Positions 1-10,076 are shown, numbered from the stretch's first letter. The stretch is DNA of 64,000 bases from Candidatus Latescibacterota bacterium (GCA_965248435.1 OZ252100.1:3584001-3648000), one strand, 5' to 3'. Numbers and translations: made by a program. The notes: a model not told the origin generated them from the letters alone.

Positions 1-1630
1 CGAAATGGTACTCCCCAGGTTCGACCATCAACCGCTCACTCGCGAAGAGATAGCCCTCCCTCGTCGCGTCGTAGACGACCCACGGCATCTTTTCCAGCCG
101 GCCGACCTCTTTCCTTACCGTGTCCCAGGCCGTGTCGAACAGGAAGAGACCCTGCTTCAGGTCCACGGAATGCACGCCCGTTGCAGCGGATTCGTGTTTG
201 ACCTCCTCACCCGGGAGGGCGTAGTAGACTTCGACGCGTGACTTGCCGTTCGACCCACGAAACTGGGCGATCTGGAAAGGGGCATCGTATCGCTCCCAGC
301 CGTAAGGATCCTTGTAATATTCGGATACCCTTGCGACTAGACTGCTATAGCCGAGGGGATAGCCGCCCATCCAGGCAAGCCCGAACCTCCAGTGGTCGCG
401 CGTGTCGGTATTCAAGAAGATGAGGCTGAATCCGGGATATTCCCACTGCTCTGCCCTCGGTTTATGCTGAACCGGGGCTGTGGATACCCTGGCGACCTGG
501 TAGAGGTAGTTCTGGTACCAGCTCGGTTTGTCCAGATGGGTGTCGATCTCCGCGGGCGTCACCCGCCTCGACACGGGACGCCCGTAGCGAATGTAGGCCT
601 CTCCTTTGGCAGTCGTCCAGCCTGGAATTCCCCTGACGGGTTCTCCGAATCGGAGATTGGCATAGGCCACCCGGCCGCAGTGCTCCATCAACCGCTCGTT
701 TACCGGTGTCAGGTAGAGTGGATCCCGTTCGGTCCAGAATCGCCTCAACGCCTCCTCGGTCGCCGGAGTTTCCTCTTCTTTGATTGCCTTTCGGTCCGCC
801 ATAAGAAAGACCGATTTCATGAACAGCTGTTCTTCCTCGGTCATCCGAGCCAGACCGGAAACGTAGGCTCGGTATGCGGTTTTCAGGTCTTCCTTGGCCT
901 GATATCCCAACCCGACGGCGAAGAAGGCTTCCGAACTCTCGGATTCATCATTCAGCTGGTCTCGGAAGAGGTCGATGAGTTCATCGGGCATCCCGGACTC
1001 GTAGTAGACCAGCCCGAGCAGGATGCGAGCGGGACGATGCTCCGGGTCCGCGGAAAGGGCTCGACTCAAGTAGTCCTCTGCCTCCTTCCGTTCGGGCTCT
1101 GCGAACCTCTCCAGGCTGTAGGTCTTCTCCGTCACTCCATAGTCGTCGTAGTTGTAGTCGACCCATTCCGCATCCAGATATCGTGTCATCTGCCAGGCCG
1201 CGTACCGCCCGGCCAGGTAGAGGGCCCCGGCGTGGTTGGGATCTTTCTCTATCGCCCGCTTGGCGTACTTTCGGGCGGTTCCGCGCCTTCCGATCGTCCA
1301 GAGCAGATCGGCATAGGTGTGAATGTAGTCCGCATTATCCCGCTCTTTTCTTATGGCCCTCTGCACCCAGAGCGACGCATCGTATCGCGAGGAGACCGTC
1401 CCTTTGGCGATATAAATCTTCGCGAGCGTGTGCATGGCCTTGCCGGTCTTGTCGCGACGCAGTGCGCGCTTCACGATGCTGACGCGCTTCTTGTACTCCA
1501 GTGTCGTGTCTGATGCCACGGCCAGGAGCGAATCCACGAATGGCGCGGACTTGTCGGCTTCCACCGGTGCTGCGATGCCGACTGAAGTCAAGAGACAGAT
1601 TGCGAAGGCATATGGCATGAATCTTAGCAC
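1..1630 (-). CDS. GWxTD-domain protein with signal peptide and TPR-like repeats (3' end runs off window)
   Basis: Not in the ORF track; translated by hand. GTG at 1630 after GGAG, hydrophobic N-terminus (MLRFMPYAFAICLLTSVGIAAPVEA), TPR-like helices, and FWTERDP..NERLMEH..RVAYANLRF..GWTTAKGEAYIRYG, which matches the GWxTD family pattern. Confidence 0.8.
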   Translation of the reverse strand, partial: MLRFMPYAFAICLLTSVGIAAPVEADKSAPFVDSLLAVASDTTLEYKKRVSIVKRALRRDKTGKAMHTLAKIYIAKGTVSSRYDASLWVQRAIRKERDNADYIHTYADLLWTIGRRGTARKYAKRAIEKDPNHAGALYLAGRYAAWQMTRYLDAEWVDYNYDDYGVTEKTYSLERFAEPERKEAEDYLSRALSADPEHRPARILLGLVYYESGMPDELIDLFRDQLNDESESSEAFFAVGLGYQAKEDLKTAYRAYVSGLARMTEEEQLFMKSVFLMADRKAIKEEETPATEEALRRFWTERDPLYLTPVNERLMEHCGRVAYANLRFGEPVRGIPGWTTAKGEAYIRYGRPVSRRVTPAEIDTHLDKPSWYQNYLYQVARVSTAPVQHKPRAEQWEYPGFSLIFLNTDTRDHWRFGLAWMGGYPLGYSSLVARVSEYYKDPYGWERYDAPFQIAQFRGSNGKSRVEVYYALPGEEVKHESAATGVHSVDLKQGLFLFDTAWDTVRKEVGRLEKMPWVVYDATREGYLFASERLMVEPGEYHF

Positions 1631-1932
1631 TTTGAGAGACTCCTGGTGCAGCGCACAAAGCGAAAAGTGTGATGGAGATGGGCCGAGAAGGATACCCGAT
1701 CTCATACATCGAGTCAAGCCGCTTCCGCCGGGAAACAGTCTACGAATGGATGGTGCCCTTGTTGGTTTGTGCTTGCAGGAGGTGGATCGTTTGGTATTAT
1801 CTTCACACCTGGTTACTTGTCCCTTTGAACTCTATAATGCCGTCTCCCTTTGGAACGCTTCTGGCCTTCAGTTGGTGTCAGAATTCTCCAGGACGGTTTG
1901 CCAGCCAACCTTTGGACAGAAAGGCCAACAAG

Positions 1933-2688
1933 ATGAGTCTCTATGCTGACGTCGCGACGCGTCTGGAATCCTCACTGAAGCTCGCGCTTCCACCGATTTC
2001 AGTATGTATCACAAACGAGGTGCCAGAGGGCATCCCGCGCTTCTCTGGAAAGGCCCCGGCAGGGTGCCTGTTCTGGCAGGAGGCGGCAAAAGGCCCTTTC
2101 TTCACCTCGACGGAGGACCACGAGCTGTGCGCCATCGGAGTACATACCCACCACATGGCGGATCCCTCTCCGTCATACGCGTCCGAGCTGGGTCAGGTCC
2201 TACAGGTGATGGCCGAACTGGATTACGTACGTGAAGAGGATGTGGCGCAGATCCCCGTCGTGACAGAAGCGTCAAAACACGTTTTGTACTCGCCTCTGGC
2301 CGACACGCCGCTTCCGCCCGATGTGGTCCTGCTGTTTGCCCACTCCAGACAGGGGCTGGTGATCACCGAGGCGGTCCAGCAGGTCCAGTCCGACATTCCC
2401 CCGGCCATGGGGCGACCGGCCTGCGCCGTGATCCCTCAGGCGATCAACTCTGGCAGAGCTGCCCTGAGCCTCGGCTGCTGCGGCGCGCGTGCCTATCTCG
2501 ATGCCCTCTCTGACGATACCGCGTTGTGGGCGATTCCGGGAAATCAGATCGAGGTCTACGCCAAGAGGATAGAGGCGCTGGCGAGCGCCAACGAAACGCT
2601 GAGCGAGTTTCACCAGCTGCGCCGGAAAGATGTGGAGTCGGGCCTTACGCCGACGATCGAGGAATCCCTGTCGCGACTCGCCGGATGA
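1933..2688 (+). CDS. DUF169-like protein
   Basis: Cys pattern GC.FW, ELCAIG, RPACA, SLGCCGAR. ATG at 1933 chosen instead of the extended ORF start. Confidence 0.7.
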   Translation: MSLYADVATRLESSLKLALPPISVCITNEVPEGIPRFSGKAPAGCLFWQEAAKGPFFTSTEDHELCAIGVHTHHMADPSPSYASELGQVLQVMAELDYVREEDVAQIPVVTEASKHVLYSPLADTPLPPDVVLLFAHSRQGLVITEAVQQVQSDIPPAMGRPACAVIPQAINSGRAALSLGCCGARAYLDALSDDTALWAIPGNQIEVYAKRIEALASANETLSEFHQLRRKDVESGLTPTIEESLSRLAG

Positions 2689-2699
2689 GAGGGTATCTG

Positions 2700-3371
2700 A
2701 TGCGCTACTTGATTCTGAGCCTCTTTCTGGTCCTGTTCTGTCGCCCCGCCTCCCTGCGAGGCGGGCAGAAGGGTGAGCATCAGGATGCGGAGCGCTGGGA
2801 TCGACGGTATGACACGGAGAAGTACGTCTACGGAAGGGACCCGGTCCAATTCCTTAAGGAGCAGATCGCAAATTTAGGGAAGGGGAAGGCGCTCTGTCTT
2901 GCGGCGGGGGAGGGGCGCAACGCGGTCTATCTTGCGGAGCAGGGGTTTGAAGTGGTCGCCGTGGACATCTCGACCAAGGGATTACGAAAATGCCAGGCGC
3001 TCGCCAAGGCACGTGGTGTCGAGGTTAGAACGGTCGTCGCGGATCTTGAGACCTACGAATTTGAGCACGGCGTGTATGATCTGATCACCGATTTCTACTA
3101 TTACCAGCCCGATCTGTTTGGCGATGTAATCAAGGCCTTGAAGCCAGGCGGCAAGTTCATCCTGGAGACCTTCACGGTCGATCATCCCCAGATCGCTGAC
3201 TATGGTCCGCGTAACCCGAACTACCTCGTCAAACCCAACGAACTCCTATCCTACTTCTCTAATCACCGGATTCGATATTACGAAGATACGATCATCGATC
3301 GAGATGAAGGAATGCATCGTGGGAAGCGGGCGGTGGTGCGGCTCGTTGTCGAAAAGGCTGCGAAGAAGTGA
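2700..3371 (+). CDS. class I SAM-dependent methyltransferase (TehB-like) with predicted signal peptide
   Basis: LCLAAGEGRNA motif I, VAVDIS, WDRRY N-terminal motif; hydrophobic leader MRYLILSLFLVLFC. Confidence 0.8.
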   Translation: MRYLILSLFLVLFCRPASLRGGQKGEHQDAERWDRRYDTEKYVYGRDPVQFLKEQIANLGKGKALCLAAGEGRNAVYLAEQGFEVVAVDISTKGLRKCQALAKARGVEVRTVVADLETYEFEHGVYDLITDFYYYQPDLFGDVIKALKPGGKFILETFTVDHPQIADYGPRNPNYLVKPNELLSYFSNHRIRYYEDTIIDRDEGMHRGKRAVVRLVVEKAAKK

Positions 3372-4195
3372 ACGACTTCCTGACTTTTTTCTGGGATATC
3401 CACCCGGAGCTGGTCAGAATAGGTCCGTTCGCCATCCGTTGGTACGGACTGTTCTTCGGTCTGGCCTTCTTCGTGGGTTTCTACATTATCCGGTCGATCT
3501 TCAGGCAGGAACAGAAACCGGAACGGGACCTGGACCGGCTGGTGACGTATACGATCGCCGGCGCCGTGATCGGCGCCCGGCTCGGTCACTGTCTGTTTTA
3601 CGACCCGGGCTATTATCTGAGTCATCCGCTCGAGATCCTCATGGTGTGGCGCGGCGGGCTGGCCAGTCACGGCGGCGCCGCGGGCATCTTTTTCGCGTTG
3701 TACCTCTACGCGCGAAGCAGGCCGGACCAGCCCTATCTCTGGCTGTTGGACCGTGTTGCCATCCCCACTGCGCTGGGCGGGTGTTTCATCCGCATCGGCA
3801 ACTTCTTCAATTCCGAGATCATCGGCACACCAACAGACCTCCCCTGGGGGATCGAGTTCGGGCGGGTGGATTCGTTCGTCAGACATCCCGCACAGCTTTA
3901 CGAATCGATCGGCTACGGGCTGATCTTTGTGCTGCTGTTCTTGATCTATCGCAAACAGTTTCAAGACGCGCCACGCGGTTTGTTCCTGGGGACATTTCTG
4001 GTCGCCGTGTTTGCCTTCCGGTTTTTCATCGAGTTCGTGAAGATGCGTCAGGCGGCCTACGGCCACGGTATGCCGCTGAGCGTGGGGCAGTTGTTGAGCA
4101 TTCCCATGGTTGGATTGGGTTTGTTGTTGCTGTTTCGCGCATGGAGAGCTGCATCAGGCAGACCGCGGACGACAGACCACAGACCACAGCCGTGA
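3368..4195 (+). CDS. lgt: prolipoprotein diacylglyceryl transferase
   Basis: RWYG, GARLGH, GGLASHGG, RIGNFFNSEIIG and RHPAQLYE signature motifs. Confidence 0.95.
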   Translation: MNDFLTFFWDIHPELVRIGPFAIRWYGLFFGLAFFVGFYIIRSIFRQEQKPERDLDRLVTYTIAGAVIGARLGHCLFYDPGYYLSHPLEILMVWRGGLASHGGAAGIFFALYLYARSRPDQPYLWLLDRVAIPTALGGCFIRIGNFFNSEIIGTPTDLPWGIEFGRVDSFVRHPAQLYESIGYGLIFVLLFLIYRKQFQDAPRGLFLGTFLVAVFAFRFFIEFVKMRQAAYGHGMPLSVGQLLSIPMVGLGLLLLFRAWRAASGRPRTTDHRPQP

Positions 4196-4236
4196 TGCAG
4201 AAGATGCTAACTATGATTGCAGACAGACAGTAGCGA

Positions 4237-4590
4237 TCAAACCGTGGCCAGCATGGGCCCGAGCGGACGTCCGCCCAGCAGGTGCATGTGCAGGTGATAC
4301 ACTTCCTGGCCTCCGTGTTTTCCACAGTTCACCAGGAGCCGATAGCCCTCCTCGCCTACTCCTTCTTCTTTCGCCAACCTGGCCGCGACCGTAAACAACC
4401 TTCCCAGGGCCTGCTCGTCTTCCCCCGTGACGTCGTTTACCGTTGGGATCAGCTTGTTCGGTATGATCAGAATGTGTGTCGGGGCCTTGGGCTGAATGTC
4501 CCGGAACGCGGTTACCAGATCGTCCTGGTAGACGATGTCTGAATCGATCTCCTTTCGGATGATCTTGCTGAAGATGGTCTCTTCCGGCAT
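4237..4590 (-). CDS. hinT: histidine triad nucleotide-binding protein
   Basis: [39 protein letters not shown] (HxHxH triad). Confidence 0.92.
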   Translation of the reverse strand: MPEETIFSKIIRKEIDSDIVYQDDLVTAFRDIQPKAPTHILIIPNKLIPTVNDVTGEDEQALGRLFTVAARLAKEEGVGEEGYRLLVNCGKHGGQEVYHLHMHLLGGRPLGPMLATV

Positions 4591-4710
4591 GGGGCCTCCC
4601 TGTGATCTTGAGGGATGGGACAAGTGCGAATTTCACGACAGAATAATAAAAGGACCTGGACCCAATCCAGATCCAGGCTCGTTCACGCCGAAATATGTAC
4701 AGAAGCGATT

Positions 4711-5184
4711 CTATTCGTCCTCCGTCTGAGACAGCTGTTCCATCTCGAGTCCGGACTCTTTCAGGAGCTGCGCGTAGACCTCTTCCAGCTCAGGCTCGTA
4801 GTCATACGGTTCTACGTAGTAGATTTTGACCATGCCGGCCTGGATAGATTCTTTAAGACACCAGAAGCAGGGCCTCGTCGTGGAGTAGATCACGGCGCCC
4901 TCTGTGCGGGCGCCGTGCCGCGCCGCAAAGGCGAAGGCGTTCTGTTCTGCGTGCGCGCAGAGGCAGGTGTCCACGCCGTGTCCCGATGGAATGTCGGATG
5001 CGCAACGGGGGCAGCCTCCTTCGAAGCAGTTTTTGACTCCGATGGGTGTACCGTTGTAGCCGGTGCTGATGATGTTCCTGTCCCTGACGATGACGGCACC
5101 GATCTGACGGCGGATGCAGTTGGATCGCTCGGCCGCCTTGTAGGCGATGTTCATGAAGTAGCGGTTCCACGAAGGTCTTTTCAT
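4711..5184 (-). CDS. dCMP deaminase family protein
   Basis: RPSW..YFM, TGYNG, HAEQNA and PCFWC zinc motifs. Confidence 0.92.
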   Translation of the reverse strand: MKRPSWNRYFMNIAYKAAERSNCIRRQIGAVIVRDRNIISTGYNGTPIGVKNCFEGGCPRCASDIPSGHGVDTCLCAHAEQNAFAFAARHGARTEGAVIYSTTRPCFWCLKESIQAGMVKIYYVEPYDYEPELEEVYAQLLKESGLEMEQLSQTEDE

Positions 5185-5380
5185 TGGAGCTCCATCTTGG
5201 TAGAGGCAAACGTAGTCACGGGAATGAATATAAACTCAGTCAAGGAAGCAGGCAAGGGCGTCTCGGGGACAAAACTCACTCGCTCAGTTTTCGTCTTGTC
5301 TCTCGAAGTTTGTGAAGTATATTTTCCGAGTGGTTGTGCCTGATTTAAGAGCAAATCAACGGGAAGACCGAGGAAAATCA

Positions 5381-7219
5381 ATGGAACCCACGAAGACCGC
5401 TTTCGGAATCTGGAGCGGCGGTCGATTTATGCACTTCGGCACGGACATTGGGGCGGAACGCCTTTCGGCCCTAGTGCGGAGGGCATACGAGGCCGGTATC
5501 CGTACCTTTATGACCGCGGATGTCTACGGCGAGGGCGAGGCAGATCGGCTGCTGGGGGACGCGCTGTCTGAGTTCGAGCCGGATTCCTACTGTCTCGTGG
5601 GCGCGGCTGGACACGATTCTTATACGGGAAAACGACAGGCCGAGCGGGGCTACCCCCGATTCACGGATCCGCAATTGAGGGGACCTGAGGAGTACCGTTC
5701 TTACCTTCGCATGGCAGCGGAGAAGCAGCTGGAGCGTCTGGGCAAGGACCGGTTCGACCTTTTCCTGCTCCACAACCCTGATGCCACCGGCTACACGCAC
5801 GAGGCGGTCTGGAAGGGGATGGCCGCCCTCAAGGAGACCGGGATCACACGGCTGCTGGGGATCGCACCGGGACCTGCGAACGGGTTCACGCTGGACCTGA
5901 TTGATGCGTTCGAACGTTACGGAGAGGTGATCGACTGGGCGATGATTATCCTGAATCCACTGGAGCCCTGGCCCGGTGGGTTGTCACTTCCGGCGGCCGA
6001 AAAATACGATGTAAAGGTGATCACGCGGGTGGTGGACTATGGGGGTCTGTTTCACGATGGCCTGAAGCCGGGGACGCAGCTTCCCAGGGGGGATCACCGA
6101 TCGTTCAGACCCCCGGGCTGGATCGAGGTCGCCCACGAGAAGCTGGACCGGTTCCGGGAGATCGCTCAGAGCCACGACATGACGCTGCTTCAGCTGGCGT
6201 CGCAATGGGCGCTGGCACAACCGGCCGTGGAAAGCGTTGTTCCGACGCTCATTCAGGAGTCCGAAGAAGATTCGAAACCGATCGAGGACCAGGTGAAGGA
6301 CCTCGCCGGCGTGTCGATGTGCCCCCCGCTCTCGGACGAGGAGGTGGAGGAGATCGGGCGGTTGGGTGACAACCGCAACTGTATGGCGCTCAAAGGGGCT
6401 TCGACCCAGTACCTGGGTCAACCCCAGGGCGACCAGTGGCCGATGACACCGGAGCTTCTGGAGATCGGGAAGCGATGGAAGATCGATCCTGACAGGGATC
6501 TGTTTTACGCTGAAGATGCGAGAGATATTCGGGAGTTCGGCGCCCCTCGGCACGGTGTCCCTCAGACGAGCCAGCGGCGGCTCTACCTGCAGCTCCAGGC
6601 GTTCGGGAATTGCCGGGAAACCGACGAACTGGTCGAGGCGTTAAAGGGGAGCGGGCTGGAGAGTGTGCTTTACAAGGATCTGAATGATCCTCGTGGTGTG
6701 GCGGTGCTCCTGATTACCGAGGACCCGGGCGTGCTGGCTTCCGAGGCCCGAGGCCTGCTCTCCGGTGAACCGTTTGGTTCTTTGCAGCACAAGCCGGACC
6801 TGACGATGGTAGGGAGGACATATTCCGGCGGACACGAACAGGTCCTGGAAGACTGGCTGCTCGTCAAGCCGAGGCGCAACGCGCTGAATCGCGAGTGGCC
6901 CTGGGCCGTCTGGTACCCGTTGCGGCGAAAACCCGAGTTCGGCCGGCTGCCGAGAGCAGATCAGGGGCGGATCCTGGGTGAGCACGCCAGGATCGGTAGG
7001 ACGTATGGCCAGGCGGGGTATGCCAATGACATTCGTCTGGCGTGTCACGGGCTGGACCGAGATGACAACGAGTTCGTGATCGGTCTTGTAGGACCGGAAT
7101 TGTATCCCCTTTCGCGCATCGTTCAGGAGATGCGGAAGTCGGAGCAGACTGCCAAGTACATCCAGTCACTCGGGCCGTTCTTCGTGGGTCAGGCGGTCTG
7201 GCAGAGCCCGTTCAAGTAA
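5381..7219 (+). CDS. aldo/keto reductase fused to a C-terminal chlorite dismutase/HemQ-family domain
   Basis: N-part TADVYG, LERLG..DLFLLHNP, QLASQWAL. C-part WYPLRR..ILGEHARIG..DIRLACHGLD..EFVIG..GPFFVG. Single uninterrupted ORF. Confidence 0.8.
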   Translation: MEPTKTAFGIWSGGRFMHFGTDIGAERLSALVRRAYEAGIRTFMTADVYGEGEADRLLGDALSEFEPDSYCLVGAAGHDSYTGKRQAERGYPRFTDPQLRGPEEYRSYLRMAAEKQLERLGKDRFDLFLLHNPDATGYTHEAVWKGMAALKETGITRLLGIAPGPANGFTLDLIDAFERYGEVIDWAMIILNPLEPWPGGLSLPAAEKYDVKVITRVVDYGGLFHDGLKPGTQLPRGDHRSFRPPGWIEVAHEKLDRFREIAQSHDMTLLQLASQWALAQPAVESVVPTLIQESEEDSKPIEDQVKDLAGVSMCPPLSDEEVEEIGRLGDNRNCMALKGASTQYLGQPQGDQWPMTPELLEIGKRWKIDPDRDLFYAEDARDIREFGAPRHGVPQTSQRRLYLQLQAFGNCRETDELVEALKGSGLESVLYKDLNDPRGVAVLLITEDPGVLASEARGLLSGEPFGSLQHKPDLTMVGRTYSGGHEQVLEDWLLVKPRRNALNREWPWAVWYPLRRKPEFGRLPRADQGRILGEHARIGRTYGQAGYANDIRLACHGLDRDDNEFVIGLVGPELYPLSRIVQEMRKSEQTAKYIQSLGPFFVGQAVWQSPFK

Positions 7220-7510
7220 CGAATAGCAGTAGAAGTTCAACAGCCGGGATTGGCGAAAATCGGTGACGGGAGAAACCGATTCGCTGATCCCTTTTTTTAT
7301 CACGGAAGACACGGAAAGATTCGAGTGAAGCAAAGAGACTCGAACTGGCGCTGGATCAGGAAGACTGGTGAGATGACAAAACGAATACTTTACACGCCGC
7401 GTCTGGCTGGCGGTCGCGTTCAGCAGAAGTGTGGCGGGAAGGCGTTTGACCTTCAAATTTGTCGAGTAGATGGTTTCGTCAGAGTCATTGCAATCAGCCG
7501 ACAGATGCAA

Positions 7511-8299
7511 TTACTCGGAGGCCTGCGGCTCTGCGCCTTCCATCTTCTCGAGGATCGCCTTCCGCATCGTCCGATCGGTCAGCCCCGGAAACCACTGGCC
7601 CAGTCGGGCGGCGACGCGGTTTTTGAATCCCGGAATGAGGACGCGACGGCGTGACTTCACGGCGCGGAAGATCTTTTCGGCCAGTTCCTCGGGGGCCATG
7701 CGGCGAAGTTCCAGGGCCGGATCCGGGCTGTGTCGCCTCGCGTGAGCGGTGCGCACGGGACCGGGAAAGACGGTGAGGACGTTTATATCCTGTGGCGCGA
7801 GAGCAACGGAGAGGCTTCTGGCATAAGAGGCGATGCCATCCTTAGTCGCTGCATAGACCGCGGCGCCGGGGTAGCCCGTGTAGTAAGAGAGAGAAGAGAC
7901 GAAGACGATAGTCCCCTTACCTGCGATCTTTTGCCGACTGAGAAGCTCTGAAGTGAGCACCATCGGCGCATTCAGGTTGACATCGATGAGCCTCCCATAG
8001 AGTCCGGGATCGATCTCTTGAAAGGCTCCCGTTTCGTTGATCCCCGCGTTCTGAACGAGGAGGTCGATCGAAGGACCTTTATCGACTTCGTCTACGACGC
8101 GAGCGATCTCGGAGGATTTGCTCAGGTCGGCAACCACGAAAGCGATCTGCGCTCCCATCCCCGTCAGTTCGCTCTTCGTCTGCTCCGCCTTTTCGGCATC
8201 GATATCGATTCCGAGAACGGACGCGCCATCTCGAGCAAATCGAAAGGCGAGCGATCGACCGATCCCGTCCGCCGCGCCGGTGATGACGCAAAACATCAA
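7511..8299 (-). CDS. short-chain dehydrogenase/reductase
   Basis: TGAADGIG, QNAG, YAATK. Confidence 0.9.
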   Translation of the reverse strand: MMFCVITGAADGIGRSLAFRFARDGASVLGIDIDAEKAEQTKSELTGMGAQIAFVVADLSKSSEIARVVDEVDKGPSIDLLVQNAGINETGAFQEIDPGLYGRLIDVNLNAPMVLTSELLSRQKIAGKGTIVFVSSLSYYTGYPGAAVYAATKDGIASYARSLSVALAPQDINVLTVFPGPVRTAHARRHSPDPALELRRMAPEELAEKIFRAVKSRRRVLIPGFKNRVAARLGQWFPGLTDRTMRKAILEKMEGAEPQASE

Positions 8300-9075
8300 C
8301 GGGTTCCTCCTCTCATCACTGCGTCGATGACCCCTCTGAAATAGCTTCCCGTGAACCAGGCCAGCTTGTTTCCGAACCCGATGACGACGGTGCGCCGATC
8401 GCCCTGGATCGCCCGCGCGATTTTCGATGCGACATCTTCAGCTGAAGGGAAGCGCTCCCAGTCCACGACGTCTCGCCCGACTCCGATTTTGGCGTGGAGC
8501 CCCGTGCGGGTTGCGCCCGGATGGATCACCTGAACGCGTGCCGTTCCCAACAACTCGGTTCGCAGGCTCCTGCCAAACCCTTCGAGAGCGGACTTCGTGG
8601 CGGCGTAGACGGCATACTCCGGGCAGGGTAGCGCAGAGACAACCGATCCAATGAGGACGATCTTCCCTCTGACAGGTTGTACGAAGGCGACCAGTCGGTG
8701 AGAGAGAAGGATGGTACCGGTCAGGTTCACCGAAACGACGTTTCGAATCGACTGCTCCGTCTGACGTTCCACGGGACCGTAATAGCCTGTACCCGCGTTG
8801 TGTATCAGAAGATCGATGCCTTCGATCTCCAACTCGAGAAGGAAATGTTCGACCTGCGCGGGACAATAGGGGTCGCTGAGGTCGGTCTTGCAGTAGGTGC
8901 CTGGGGTGAAGAGAGCGGGGTCGAGTTCGGAGAGGGGCCGACGTCCGAGGAGGATCAGCCGAGCGCCACCGGCGCGATAAAGACGGGCCAGGGCAAGGCC
9001 GATGCCGTCCGTCGCGCCGGTAATCAGGATCGTGGATCGTGGATCGTCGCTCGTCGTTCGCAAACCAAACCTCAC
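8296..9075 (-). CDS. short-chain dehydrogenase/reductase
   Basis: TGATDGIG, HNAG, YAATK. Start uncertain because it lies in a repeat. Confidence 0.88.
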   Translation of the reverse strand: MRFGLRTTSDDPRSTILITGATDGIGLALARLYRAGGARLILLGRRPLSELDPALFTPGTYCKTDLSDPYCPAQVEHFLLELEIEGIDLLIHNAGTGYYGPVERQTEQSIRNVVSVNLTGTILLSHRLVAFVQPVRGKIVLIGSVVSALPCPEYAVYAATKSALEGFGRSLRTELLGTARVQVIHPGATRTGLHAKIGVGRDVVDWERFPSAEDVASKIARAIQGDRRTVVIGFGNKLAWFTGSYFRGVIDAVMRGGTR

Positions 9076-9084
9076 CGTAAAGAT

Positions 9085-9113
9085 GTAGAGACGCCCCGCT
9101 GGGGCGTCTCTAC
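9085..9113. repeat. GTAG-type REP palindrome (further copies at 31592-31617 and 33980-34008)
   Basis: GTAGAGACGCCCC-GCT-GGGGCGTCTCTAC hairpin, seen three times in intergenic positions. Confidence 0.85.
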
Positions 9114-9143
9114 ATCGGTGGTGGAGGGGGATGTCTGGGAAAC

Positions 9144-10076
9144 TCAGTTGTTGTAGAGCAGATAGACGAGGAGGTCACCCACTGCCTGCAGGCTTACGGG
9201 ACTACACTTGTCTGCGGTGTCATGAGTCGTATGCCAGTGCGGGTAGTCGAAGTCGATCAGGTCGATGACGGGCATGCCAGCCTCCATGAGGGGGATGTGG
9301 TCATCCTGAATCGCATACTTGGGCTCCCTGTGAAACTGCTCCAGGCCGATGGCTTCGGCAGCGTTCCATACACGGGCCACGACGTCCGGGTATCGAGCGA
9401 GGGAAAAGCGCTCGACGTGGATGTTCAAGTTCGTGTCCCCAATCATGTCCAGCAGGATTCCCATTCGGGGACGATAGAGACCCTCTCGCTTCCTGGCAAA
9501 CTCCCGGGCCCCCAGAAAGTAGTCACTCACATCTCCGCGCAGACCCCGGCCATAATCCTCTCCGTCGAAGAGGACGATGTCCACACCGAGGCCGGGATCG
9601 GATTCCCCAAGGCACCTCGCGATTTCGAGAAGGACGGCCACGCCTGAGGCGCCGTCGTTCGCGCCGAGGATCGGCCTGCTGCGAACCGCAGGATCGGGAT
9701 CTCTGTCTGCGTAGGGCCGCGTGTCCCAGTGGGCACAGAGCAGGATTCGCTCCTCCATCTGTGGGTTGAACTCGCCGTGCAGGTTTGTGAGAGAGACCGT
9801 CGAATCGACTTTCTCATCGTAGTATATAAAGGGCTCTGAATAGGCGGTGTCCGCGTGTGTCCGCAGCTCCTCCAGGAGGAACACTTTCGCGGCTTCGTGT
9901 CCTGTTGATCCAGGATTTCGGGGTCCGAAGTCCGTCTGCCTGATGAGCAGGGCGTACGCGCGCTCTCCGTCAAAAGCGATCGGGCTGGCTTCCGCCGGGT
10001 TGCCGTTCACCGGGCGCTCCTCTCCGGAACAGGAGGCCGATATCAGAAGAAGCAGCGCAGCCAAAATTTTTCCCAT
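9144..10076 (-). CDS. M28 family peptidase / glutaminyl cyclase-like lipoprotein
   Basis: Lipobox-like ISASC; intact AHWDTR, GANDGASG, FDGEDYG, LDMIG, DDH and WHT motifs. Confidence 0.9.
   Translation of the reverse strand: MGKILAALLLLISASCSGEERPVNGNPAEASPIAFDGERAYALLIRQTDFGPRNPGSTGHEAAKVFLLEELRTHADTAYSEPFIYYDEKVDSTVSLTNLHGEFNPQMEERILLCAHWDTRPYADRDPDPAVRSRPILGANDGASGVAVLLEIARCLGESDPGLGVDIVLFDGEDYGRGLRGDVSDYFLGAREFARKREGLYRPRMGILLDMIGDTNLNIHVERFSLARYPDVVARVWNAAEAIGLEQFHREPKYAIQDDHIPLMEAGMPVIDLIDFDYPHWHTTHDTADKCSPVSLQAVGDLLVYLLYNN

Noticed and set aside
392-1513. 373-aa + strand ORF
   Set aside because: Antisense shadow of the GWxTD gene; no recognisable motifs.
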